A DNA stretch of 64,000 nucleotides from Thermodesulfobacteriota bacterium (lineage in GTDB: Bacteria; Desulfobacterota_D; UBA1144; Nemesobacterales; JAJCZQ01). Position numbers and translations under genes: made by a program. Positions within the stretch are counted from its first letter, which is position 1. The number at the start of each line of letters is the position of its first letter. Where the stretch lies: contig OZ244044.1 in NCBI GenBank assembly GCA_965215275.1, positions 832,001-896,000 on the forward strand. The letters run 5' to 3'. This document shows positions 55,068 to 64,000 of this stretch, in pieces. The notes beneath the pieces were generated by a model. That model did not search any database and was not told the DNA's origin. It saw only the letters and a program-made list of their open reading frames with translations.

Positions 55068-56072
55068 TCAAGGTATGTACAGACCCATTTTTTCGATCAT
55101 TTCCCCCATGTTCTGCTTTGCTGTCTGAACGGCTTTCTGGGTTCCCTGGTAAAGTATCTCTCTTACCTGCTCAGGTTTTGACTCATAGGCTTTTCTTCTC
55201 TCAATGTAAGGTTCCAGCATCTTATTAATGGCCTTTGACAGTTTATTCTTGACCTCAACGTCCCCTACTGTTCCCGACCGGTACCTTTTTTTAAGGTCCT
55301 CGACTTCATCCACGTCCGTGTTAAATGCATCGTGGTAGATAAACACTGGGTTTCCCTCGACCGTCCCAGGTATATCAGCTCTTACACGCTTCGGGTCAGT
55401 AAACATCCCCATTACTTTTTTCTGAACGGATTCAGGGTCGTCAGATATATATATACAGTTATCAAGGCTTTTGCTCATCTTTCTGTTACCGTCAGTACCG
55501 ACCAGCCTTGACGTCTGACTGATCACCGGATCAGGTTCCTCAAAAAATTCACCATACAGATAATTGAACCTTCTGGCGAGTTCCCTTGTCAGTTCAAGGT
55601 GACTCAGCTGATCCTCTCCGATTGGTACCTTGGTAGCTTTGAACATCAGTATATCAGCAGCCATTAATATCGGATACCCGAGCAGGCCTACCGAATAGTT
55701 CTCCCCTACTCCCATATCCTGTATCTTTTCCTTCAAAGTGGGGATCCTTTCCGACCTCGGTACCGTGCAGAACATTGAAAGTATCGTGGACAGCTGAGAT
55801 ATGTAAGGCACCTGAGATTGAACGTAAAAGGTGGACCTTTCAGGGTCCATACCAACGCTCAGCCAGTCCAAGACCATCTGGATAGTGTTCTGCTCAACTT
55901 CTTTGATCTTATCATAATGGGTGGTCAGCATGTGAAGGTCTGCCACAAGAAAAAAGCATTCGTAATCAGTCTGATACTTCACTCTGTTCTCCAGCGACCC
56001 GACAAGGTGACCCAGGTGAAGTCGTCCAGTCGGTCTGTCCCCGGTTACAAGTATTTTCTTATCTGACGACAT
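55068..56072 (-). CDS. trpS: Tryptophan--tRNA ligase
   Basis: TGDRPTG.LHLGH, GYP.L.AADI, KMSKS. Confidence 0.95.
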   Translation of the reverse strand: MSSDKKILVTGDRPTGRLHLGHLVGSLENRVKYQTDYECFFLVADLHMLTTHYDKIKEVEQNTIQMVLDWLSVGMDPERSTFYVQSQVPYISQLSTILSMFCTVPRSERIPTLKEKIQDMGVGENYSVGLLGYPILMAADILMFKATKVPIGEDQLSHLELTRELARRFNYLYGEFFEEPDPVISQTSRLVGTDGNRKMSKSLDNCIYISDDPESVQKKVMGMFTDPKRVRADIPGTVEGNPVFIYHDAFNTDVDEVEDLKKRYRSGTVGDVEVKNKLSKAINKMLEPYIERRKAYESKPEQVREILYQGTQKAVQTAKQNMGEMIEKMGLYIP

Positions 56073-56434
56073 ATCTTCGTTAATTTTCTACCTTCCCTCT
56101 GATATGAACTGGATTACAGTAAAAATGATCAGGATCTTTACGGTACTGGTCGTACATCGGCTGGAAGGAATTCAAGGTTATGGAATTGTAACGGTTTTTG
56201 ATAATTATACAACAGGATATTAAACCTGTTTTTACCAGACCACACACTTGCGATGAAGATCAGTTCCAGACATAAAGTCCCAATATACAACCCTTTATAT
56301 GGGAATTATGTATAAAAAAAAGAAGGGGACTATATACTTTAGTACCCAAAATGAATAATAAATGCCTTACGGCATTTGATATCTTTATATATTAGTATAT
56401 GGATTAAAAAAGTATTTTAAAGGAGAAAATGTAA

Positions 56435-57001
56435 ATGAGTAATGCTAATAAACATAACAAACTTCCTGGTTCGGATTATAATAGTATAATAAAATCTCTT
56501 ATTCGTGCTACTGAGTCAATTCCAGAGTATAATGAATATACAAAAGAAGCGGAGAAAATTTTAGAAAATCCTATACCTATTGGATATGATGTAAAGGAAG
56601 GGTGGAGGCTACATAACTATTTTCAGGATAAAAGAGTTGTTGAAAAAGTGTATGGGATGAATTTTTTAGAACAGTACTATATGAGTGAAGAAAATGGAAC
56701 TTGGATGCCAGGTATGCTGAAAAGAATTGAAGTTATAAAAGATGAATGTCCTGTTATTTATAAAAACCTTAAAGAAGATGGGTATTTATCAGGTTTTATG
56801 TATCTTATTTATTATATTGCTGTTTTTGGAAAGATTAAAAAATCTAAAAGAAATATTAGAAAATCTAAAAGGGATAAGTTTTATAATATATTTGCGACTT
56901 ATGTACATAAGTCTGTAAATGGCGATAAAGAAGATGTAAATATGGAGATAGAAAATCTTATGAATATAATGATGGAGGATGGGTATGGTGGATTAGAGTA
57001 G
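56435..57001 (+). CDS. Hypothetical protein (cassette 1)
   Basis: 188-aa AT-rich ORF with aggag ribosome-binding site; fills the space between repeats 1 and 2. Confidence 0.7.
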   Translation: MSNANKHNKLPGSDYNSIIKSLIRATESIPEYNEYTKEAEKILENPIPIGYDVKEGWRLHNYFQDKRVVEKVYGMNFLEQYYMSEENGTWMPGMLKRIEVIKDECPVIYKNLKEDGYLSGFMYLIYYIAVFGKIKKSKRNIRKSKRDKFYNIFATYVHKSVNGDKEDVNMEIENLMNIMMEDGYGGLE

Positions 57002-57245
57002 GAGATGAGTTATATAATAAAGGAAGGGGACTATATACTTTAGTACCCAAGATAGTTTAATCTTTTGATCTACTTAACTTTTTTCTTTTTTCGTTTTCTT
57101 TTAATTTTCTTTGAGTTCTATGTTTTTTAGATAGTTCTATTTGGGGAGCGAACATTATTTTTATTGCTTCATCAAATGTTGCATCTAACGGGGGAATTAT
57201 CTTTTGCTTTCTACCCATTGTAAAAGCCTTTTTTATTCATACTTT

Positions 57246-57992
57246 TTAAACTTTAATTTTTTTATCTAAAAACGGACTTTGGTATACTCCGCCATTTTCT
57301 CTAATACTTGAAATAAACCAATCCATAACATATTTTACCTCTTTAACCACAGGGTCGATACCTTTTTTCTCAATAAAGTTCTCTCCTACATCTACACCAA
57401 GCACCGGACATCTGCCTACAATTTCATTATCTTCGTTAATATAGGTAAATATCTTATATCCTTTATGTTTACCGTGATATTGTATATCTCTTATATCTTC
57501 TAACTCTTCAACATAAAACTCTTTTGTAGCATCCATGCCATACTTATCTTTAAACTCTTTCTTCACATCTGCCATAGATGGATTATCAAACTCATTTACA
57601 ACATCTAAATTAGTGTTATTCATATATGCCTCCCTAAGATATTTTTTTGCTTTTTTACTACGCTCTATATTATTTTCTTTATCTAATCTTAATATCTCGC
57701 TTTTAAAATATTTCCATTCACTGATCATTTTTTTAACCATATCTTCTCCATCTTGTTTAGATATAGTAGTATTTAGATGGGGATAATTTTCATGTTCAGC
57801 CCGCCTATGTCCACCTTTACCTCGATCATCATATATTATAAACCCCACTGCTTTAAGTCTTTTAATATACTCCCTTACTTTCATTATGGCACTTCCCTCA
57901 TATATCTGCTCAACTAATGTTGGACCACGCTCATAAATCTGTTGAATTCTTGTTAGTTTATTATTTTCTTCCATATTCTTTCCTTTTATCAA
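57246..57992 (-). CDS. Fused HicA-like toxin / HicB-like antitoxin
   Basis: MKVREYIKRLKAVGF....GKGGHR..H then IVGRCPVLG..EVKYVMDWFI...RENG...P. Confidence 0.6.
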   Translation of the reverse strand: MIKGKNMEENNKLTRIQQIYERGPTLVEQIYEGSAIMKVREYIKRLKAVGFIIYDDRGKGGHRRAEHENYPHLNTTISKQDGEDMVKKMISEWKYFKSEILRLDKENNIERSKKAKKYLREAYMNNTNLDVVNEFDNPSMADVKKEFKDKYGMDATKEFYVEELEDIRDIQYHGKHKGYKIFTYINEDNEIVGRCPVLGVDVGENFIEKKGIDPVVKEVKYVMDWFISSIRENGGVYQSPFLDKKIKV

Positions 57993-58023
57993 TTTTCTCT
58001 ATATGATTCAATAACCTTTATCC

Positions 58024-58476
58024 TTATATATAATAGAACAAATCAAAATCAATTAATTTACCAATTATTTTATAAACATTTAATTGCTCTGGATTTTTAT
58101 AATCATACTCGTTTATTTCTTTTTTTAATGTTGCTAAATCCGAGTCTATAACCCACTCATCAACCCGTTCATATTTTTGATGTATATAACTCTCTGTTTC
58201 TCTGTAATTCTCTTTTAATACTTTATACACTATTTTATTAGAACCTAACGGGTCAAATGCAGATTGAATTCTTCTTTCTGGATTTGCTGATATACCTACT
58301 TTAAACCAATCTTTTAACTTTACATTATCGGAATTAACAGCAATATATACATATTTCTTATCTACATAGGATTTACCCTGATCCGTTCTTTCTGGTGGGT
58401 CTGTATGAAACCCTATTTGATCAAAGTTAAACATATTTGAAACATATTTGAAACATATTTGAAACCTCTTTTTCAA
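58024..58476 (-). CDS. GIY-YIG / T5orf172-like nuclease
   Basis: YVYI..FKVGIS.NPERRI..E..IH...EW; start uncertain. Confidence 0.7.
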   Translation of the reverse strand: MKKRFQICFKYVSNMFNFDQIGFHTDPPERTDQGKSYVDKKYVYIAVNSDNVKLKDWFKVGISANPERRIQSAFDPLGSNKIVYKVLKENYRETESYIHQKYERVDEWVIDSDLATLKKEINEYDYKNPEQLNVYKIIGKLIDFDLFYYI

Positions 58477-58698
58477 TCCTTTCTTTAACTAAAGGGGACT
58501 ATATACTTTAGTACCCAAAAAGAATAATCCCTGCATCCTGACGTGATCATTATCATTGTAAGAAAGGAAAGAAAAAGACGTTATACCTGACACTAAAGCA
58601 GAAACAGAAGAAGACGGGACGACAATTCCTGATCAGATGGTGTACACGACAGGAAAACCAATAACGCTGCATGAGGAAATGGCAGTGAGAGAAGTATC

Positions 58699-58741
58699 CT
58701 GCACTCAGAACAGTACGCTCTTTTTTAAAGTATATAAGTCC
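58699..58741 (+). mobile_element. Remnant right end of a TnpB-type element
   Basis: ctgcactcagaacagtacg identical to 38933-38951, followed by the IS-end-like taaagtatataagtcc. Confidence 0.7.
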
Positions 58742-58911
58742 GTTTTTATTTACTATTCTGAAGGAAAATGCTAAACTATTTCAGCAGTAAGGTAATTATA
58801 TTGGGTCATTGAACGCAAATAACACCAGTTACCTGAGGGTTTTCTTGCTGGTTCTGTTCTTTTTGCAATACCCTACCGCCTGCAGGCAAACTCAAAGGCA
58901 ATACCAAAATT

Positions 58912-59916
58912 ATGAACGGTATAGTAACCCTGGATGAATTTATTATACGGAGACAGAGAGATTTTAAGTACTCCACTGGGGAATTTTCAAGATTATTAAG
59001 AGATATAGGCTTTGCCTCCAAGCTGGTTCACAGAGAGGTGAACAAAGCAGGACTCGTCAAAGAAATAATCGGCAAGACCGGAGGGATAAACGTTCAGGGA
59101 GAAGAAGTCCAGAAGCTGGATGAATACGCCAACACCCGGTTCACAGAGGCCTTGAAACTTGGTGAGGAATGTGCAGGTATCTGCACCGAAGAGATGAAAA
59201 ACTTTATTCCTCTTGAAGGTAAGAATTCCAGAAGTTCCAAGTATGTAATCGTTATGGACCCACTTGACGGTTCTTCAAATATCGACGTGAACGTATCCGT
59301 TGGCACGATCTTCGCTCTTTACAGAAGACGGTCCAAAACTGATGAAGTGTGTCAGATAGAGGATTTTTTACAGCCGGGAACAAAACAGGTAGCAGCTGGA
59401 TACATTATCTATGGTTCATCAACGATGCTCGTATATACCGCAGGGCGTGGCGTGAACGGATTTACGCTGGACCCTTCAATAGGAGAGTTCTGCCTGTCTC
59501 ATCCTGATATTAAAATACCTGAAGATGCAAACCTGTATTCGTTCAATTACGGGAATTTCCCGAATTTTTACGAGGACGTAAAACAGTACATAGCAGAATC
59601 ATTTGGTTCTTCTGATAAAAATCCTCGTATCTCATACAGGTACATCGGTTCCATGGTTGCGGACATTCACAGAAACATGCTGAAGGGAGGTATTTTTATG
59701 TACCCTGCCACTTCGGATTCCCCGCAGGGTAAGCTGAGACTTTTATATGAGTGCAATCCCATGGCCTTTATAGTCGAGCAGGCTGGCGGAACAGCGATCA
59801 ACGGCACGGACAGGATACTTGATATAAAACCGACCAAGCTGCATCAAAGAACCCCTTTTTATGCTGGTTCCCGGAACATGGTTGAAAGGGTAAAGAAGTT
59901 CGTAAGCACTGCCTGA
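58912..59916 (+). CDS. fbp: Fructose-1,6-bisphosphatase class 1
   Basis: NVQGE.VQKLD, DPLDGSSN, RYIGSMVAD, KLRLLYE. Confidence 0.95.
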   Translation: MNGIVTLDEFIIRRQRDFKYSTGEFSRLLRDIGFASKLVHREVNKAGLVKEIIGKTGGINVQGEEVQKLDEYANTRFTEALKLGEECAGICTEEMKNFIPLEGKNSRSSKYVIVMDPLDGSSNIDVNVSVGTIFALYRRRSKTDEVCQIEDFLQPGTKQVAAGYIIYGSSTMLVYTAGRGVNGFTLDPSIGEFCLSHPDIKIPEDANLYSFNYGNFPNFYEDVKQYIAESFGSSDKNPRISYRYIGSMVADIHRNMLKGGIFMYPATSDSPQGKLRLLYECNPMAFIVEQAGGTAINGTDRILDIKPTKLHQRTPFYAGSRNMVERVKKFVSTA

Positions 59917-59927
59917 TCTTAAATTCC

Positions 59928-60815
59928 ATGTCAGATAAAACTCTGTTAAGGACAGATTTTAAAAACGTTCCACCACCCGTGAGAGGAAAGGTCAGGGACG
60001 TTTTTCAACTGAACGATAACAGGCTCCTGATCGTTACGACCGACAGGATATCTGCCTATGACCATATTCTTCCAAACGGTATTCCAGATAAAGGTATAGT
60101 GCTGAATAAAATATCGGAATTCTGGTTTTATAAAACAAGGGACATGATAAAAAACCACCTCATATCGACCGATCCCAGGGACTATCCCGCAGAATTCCAG
60201 CCATATACGGAACAGCTGCTGAACAGAAGTATGATGGTGATAAAAACTCGACCGCTTCCCATAGAGTGCGTGGTCAGAGGGTATATTTCAGGTTCGGGAT
60301 GGACAGAATATAAAAACACCGGCAGGATCTGCGGTACTGATCTGCCTTCGGGCTTAACGGAGTCTTCAAAGCTGCAGACCCCTATATTTACTCCATCCAC
60401 AAAAGCCACTGGCGGCCAGCATGATGAAAATATCTCCTACGAAGAAGCCGCGGAGATGATTGGTGAAGACCTGGCAATGCAGGTTCGTGATCTCAGCATT
60501 GAGATATATGTAAAAGCAAGTGAGATCGCCTGTAAAAAAGGCATTATAATTGCAGATACGAAGTTTGAATTCGGCACCGACGCAGGTGGCAAGCTGATGC
60601 TCATAGATGAAGTGCTTACACCAGATTCCTCAAGGTTCTGGCCGAAAGAAGATTACTCTCCCGGAAGACCGCAGAAGAGCTTTGATAAACAGTTCGTAAG
60701 AGATCATTTAAACTCGGTCGGCTGGGACAGAAAACCACCTGCCCCGAAACTTCCCGAAGAAGTGGTAAATAAAACAAAAGAAAAGTACGTATCAATGCTG
60801 AACCTCTTCAGATGA
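59928..60815 (+). CDS. purC: SAICAR synthase
   Basis: GKVRD, TDRISAYD, FTPSTK, DTKFEFG, TPDSSRFW. Confidence 0.95.
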   Translation: MSDKTLLRTDFKNVPPPVRGKVRDVFQLNDNRLLIVTTDRISAYDHILPNGIPDKGIVLNKISEFWFYKTRDMIKNHLISTDPRDYPAEFQPYTEQLLNRSMMVIKTRPLPIECVVRGYISGSGWTEYKNTGRICGTDLPSGLTESSKLQTPIFTPSTKATGGQHDENISYEEAAEMIGEDLAMQVRDLSIEIYVKASEIACKKGIIIADTKFEFGTDAGGKLMLIDEVLTPDSSRFWPKEDYSPGRPQKSFDKQFVRDHLNSVGWDRKPPAPKLPEEVVNKTKEKYVSMLNLFR

Positions 60816-61645
60816 AAAACGGATCAACGATAAGCATTTTAGGATGCGGCTGGCTGGGACTTCCACTGGGAATCTTTCTTTATGAAAAAGGATACAGCGT
60901 CAAAGGTTCCACAACGGATGAGCAGAAGTTAGCATCCATAAAAGAAAGTAACATCAAGCCGTATCTTTTAGTACTGGAACCCGGGATAAACTGCGAAAGG
61001 AAAACGGATTTCTTTGACACTGATGTACTAATCATAAATATACCTCCACCTCGCAGAGAAGACGTGGTGGAATATCACTTTCTGCAGATAAAAAGCCTGA
61101 TAAAAGAATGTATAAATGCCGGGGTAAAGAAAGTCCTGTTCGTAAGTTCCACTTCGGTGTATCCCGAAACGAACAAAGTGGTTTATGAAAGTGAGACGCT
61201 TGCTCCGGGTAAACCTCCAAGTAAATCTTCAGGGACCGCATTAAAACGGGTTGAAAATATGCTTCTGGACGCATCTGCATTTCAGACCACGATCCTCCGC
61301 CTTGCAGGACTTATCGGCTACGACAGAAATCCGAGGAACTTTCTGAAAAAACGAAGGGTCATACATAAAACAGACGCCCCCGTTAACCTGGTGCACAGAG
61401 ATGACTGCATCAATGTGATCTACAGGGTTATTAAAAACAACGTATGGGGAGAGATTTACAATGTGTGTTGTGACAGACATCCAACAAGAGCTGCCTTTTA
61501 CAGGAACGAGGCTGAAAAGGCAAATATGGAAAAGCTCAAGATAGAGTTTAAAGAACCGGTCAGTTATAAGATCGTAAGCAATAAAAAACTGAAAAAAGAA
61601 CTTGGCTACAAGTTTATCTATCCCGACCCTCTGAAACTCAACTAA
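60812..61645 (+). CDS. NAD(P)-binding epimerase/SDR-like protein (YeeZ-like)
   Basis: GCGWLG, SSTSVY, LRLAGL, VNLVH.DD. Confidence 0.85.
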   Translation: MKNGSTISILGCGWLGLPLGIFLYEKGYSVKGSTTDEQKLASIKESNIKPYLLVLEPGINCERKTDFFDTDVLIINIPPPRREDVVEYHFLQIKSLIKECINAGVKKVLFVSSTSVYPETNKVVYESETLAPGKPPSKSSGTALKRVENMLLDASAFQTTILRLAGLIGYDRNPRNFLKKRRVIHKTDAPVNLVHRDDCINVIYRVIKNNVWGEIYNVCCDRHPTRAAFYRNEAEKANMEKLKIEFKEPVSYKIVSNKKLKKELGYKFIYPDPLKLN

Positions 61646-61746
61646 AATAAAGCAAATAACGAAATACTTTTTAAAACTTCACTTGTCAGTATTATAAACT
61701 CTCATATAAAATAAACAGATTAAACGTTTTCAGAGGTTTTCATTCA

Positions 61747-63036
61747 ATGCCAGAACTAAGAATTATCAGAAATTACGTCGGAGTTGAAAACTCGCACGAA
61801 TTAAGTTCATACCTTGACAGAGATGGCTATAAGGCCTTTAAAAAAGCTCTGGACATGGAGCAGGAAGAAATAATCAATACTATTAAAAAATCCGGTCTTA
61901 GGGGCAGAGGAGGAGCAGGATTTCCCACCGGTATGAAATGGAGCTTTATCCCACGGGATGCAGATAAACCCATCTACCTGTGCTGCAACGCCGATGAAAG
62001 CGAACCGGGAAGTTTTAAAGACAGAGAGATACTTGAGCGTGACCCTCACCAGATGATCGAAGGGATAGCGATCGCCTGTTATGCGATCAATTCACACAGA
62101 GGCTACATCTATATACGGGGAGAGATGCCTTACGGGGCAAAAATAATCCAGGGAGCCATTGACGAGGCATACAGAGAAGGCTATCTGGGAAAGAATATAT
62201 TTAACTCGGGATTTGACCTTGACGTTTCCCTGTACAGAGGAGCAGGAGCCTATATATGTGGAGAGGAAACCGGCCTTCTGGAATCAATTGAAGGAAAAAA
62301 CGGTGAACCAAGACCAAAGCCCCCATTTCCTGCACAGATAGGACTTTTCGGTTGTCCGACCATCGTTAACAACGTTGAGACCCTGGCCGCTGTACCTCAC
62401 ATTATAAACAAAGGTCCTGAATGGTTCTCAGCGATTGGAACACCTAAAAACACCGGAACAAAAATTTATGGACTTAGCGGATGTATAAATAATCCCGGAC
62501 TTTTTGAACTGCCGCTTGGAATTACTATAAGAGAGTTGATCGATGAATACGGAAAAGGGGTAACAAAGGGTAAAAAGGTCAAAGCGATCTCTCCCGGTGG
62601 GTCTTCTTCAGCGGTCTTAACGGCTGACGACCTTGATTTGCCACTGGATTTCGATACTATGGCAAAAGCAGGGTCAATGCTTGGAACCGCAGGAGTAACC
62701 GTTATGGACGAATCTGTCTGTATGGTAAGGGTTGCTCATAATTTAGCTCATTTCTACAGAGATGAGTCCTGCGGTCAGTGCGTACAGTGCAGAGAAGGAA
62801 CATGGTGGCTTGAAAAGATGCTGCGCGAGATCGAAAAAGGAAAAGGATCTCTGGAACACATTGATATAATACTCAGTGCCTGTTCCCAGATGAGAGGAAC
62901 AACCATCTGTGCCCTTGCCGACGGATGTGCAATGCCTGTTGAGTCGCTCGTAAGGAATTTCAGGGACGAGTTTGAAGAACACATCAAGCAAGGCAGGTGT
63001 CCCTTTGATGATCCTTATATGGGTGACTGGAATTAG
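61747..63036 (+). CDS. nuoF: NADH-quinone oxidoreductase subunit F
   Basis: GRGGAGFPTG, NADESEPG, GAGAYICGEET, ESCGQC..CREG. Confidence 0.95.
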   Translation: MPELRIIRNYVGVENSHELSSYLDRDGYKAFKKALDMEQEEIINTIKKSGLRGRGGAGFPTGMKWSFIPRDADKPIYLCCNADESEPGSFKDREILERDPHQMIEGIAIACYAINSHRGYIYIRGEMPYGAKIIQGAIDEAYREGYLGKNIFNSGFDLDVSLYRGAGAYICGEETGLLESIEGKNGEPRPKPPFPAQIGLFGCPTIVNNVETLAAVPHIINKGPEWFSAIGTPKNTGTKIYGLSGCINNPGLFELPLGITIRELIDEYGKGVTKGKKVKAISPGGSSSAVLTADDLDLPLDFDTMAKAGSMLGTAGVTVMDESVCMVRVAHNLAHFYRDESCGQCVQCREGTWWLEKMLREIEKGKGSLEHIDIILSACSQMRGTTICALADGCAMPVESLVRNFRDEFEEHIKQGRCPFDDPYMGDWN

Positions 63037-63290
63037 ACGGTTTCATATCTCTTCGGAACTTCTCTTTTTATGATTTTGCAAACCCTTTCACAGGTCCGCT
63101 TTCTACCAACTTTTTTATTGAAGTGTTTTTCACCCGTATTTTTTAAGAAGAGGATTATATACTGCTTGATCTAGAAGCAGAGATTATACAACAAGTATCT
63201 ATCTGCCATTTTACATGATCCGTTTGGCAATTTTGTCAAGCTCTTTATAATTCTCAATTATATATGATATGAACGGAGTTGGATAAACCT

Positions 63291-64000
63291 ATGAGTGATA
63301 AACTACAAGAATTTCAGAACAACGCAGGCAAACTTATTAGAGAGAAAAATTGGGATGAACTAATTTCGGAATGTACTGAAATTATACGATTAGAAACTGA
63401 TGAAACGATAAAAGCACTAATATACAACTACCGTGGCTATGCATACAATGAGAAGGGAGAGTATGACCTTGCAATTGCGGATTATACCGAGTCAATAAAG
63501 TTAAAACCGAGTGCTTCTGCATACAGCAATCGTGGCAGTGCATACAATTGGAAGGGGGATTATGATAGTGCGATCAAAGATTGTACGGAGTCAATAAAGT
63601 TAAAACCAAATGATTCAGCATACAGCAACCGTGGTTGTGCATACACTGGAAAGGGAGATTATGACAGTGCGATCAAAGATTATACCGAGTCAATAAAGTT
63701 AAAACCGAATGCTCCAGCATACAGCAACCGTGGCAGTGCATACAATTGGAAGAGAGATTATGACAGTGCGATCAAAGATTGTACGGAGTCAATAAAGTTA
63801 AAACCGAATGCTCCAGCATACAGCAACCGTGGCAGTGCATATAATGGAAAGGGAGATTATGACAGTGCGATCAAAGATTTTAATGATGCTATAAAATTAG
63901 AACCGAAAAATGCAAGTTTCTACAACAATCGCGGTGCTGTCTATTTTTATAAAGGGGATTATAACCGTGCAATTGAAAATTTTGACAATGCTATAAATTT
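63291..64000 (+). CDS. TPR protein (runs off the window), paralog of the TPR module fused to GyrB
   Basis: Starts [25 protein letters not shown]; 33-aa repeats; not in the ORF track. Confidence 0.9.
   Translation, partial: MSDKLQEFQNNAGKLIREKNWDELISECTEIIRLETDETIKALIYNYRGYAYNEKGEYDLAIADYTESIKLKPSASAYSNRGSAYNWKGDYDSAIKDCTESIKLKPNDSAYSNRGCAYTGKGDYDSAIKDYTESIKLKPNAPAYSNRGSAYNWKRDYDSAIKDCTESIKLKPNAPAYSNRGSAYNGKGDYDSAIKDFNDAIKLEPKNASFYNNRGAVYFYKGDYNRAIENFDNAIN

Larger units (their letters stand above)
56323..58518. repeat. Three identical 27-bp direct repeats (IS1595-like ends) separating gene cassettes
   Basis: aaggggactatatactttagtacccaa at 56323, 57024 and 58492. Confidence 0.95.

Noticed and set aside
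58430..58465. 11-bp tandem repeat aacatatttga x3
   Set aside because: Probably simple slippage near the GIY-YIG start; no further evidence of function.
56323..58518. CRISPR array or integron attC sites
   Set aside because: The spacers are 0.7-1.4 kb genes; there is no cas or integrase gene and no RYYYAAC/GTTRRRY core; the repeats resemble IS ends.

Overview
Bacterial chromosomal window. The housekeeping backbone is moderate in GC: gyrB, dcd, a Zur/ZIP/ZnuACB zinc cluster, rpmG/rpmB, purK/purE/purC, rpoN-hpf-ptsN-hprK-rapZ-PTS IIA, trpS, fbp and nuoF. About ten AT-rich islands interrupt it. Most islands carry IS1595-like terminal sequences (GG(G/T)AATTAT.. or GGGACTATATAC..) and/or decayed IS1595 transposase fragments, but I saw no intact transposase. 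Their cargo includes restriction-modification genes, Panacea/HicAB/YefM toxin-antitoxin genes, TPR genes, a lone internally shortened phage-type capsid gene and a TnpB. The most striking item is a minimal TIR-tnpB-TIR element (37665-38985): a catalytically intact TnpB between 24-bp IS1595-like inverted repeats with an 8-bp target duplication, inserted into a Panacea gene. The same tnpB 3' motif recurs next to a different IS1595-like end at 58699. Other highlights are a TPR-GyrB fusion, an array of three identical IS-end repeats separating gene cassettes, a fused HicA-HicB, four poly-C/G tracts in methyltransferase and surface-protein genes (three frameshifting), and a catalytically dead subtilase. 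All calls come from motif recognition by eye; no database searches were run.
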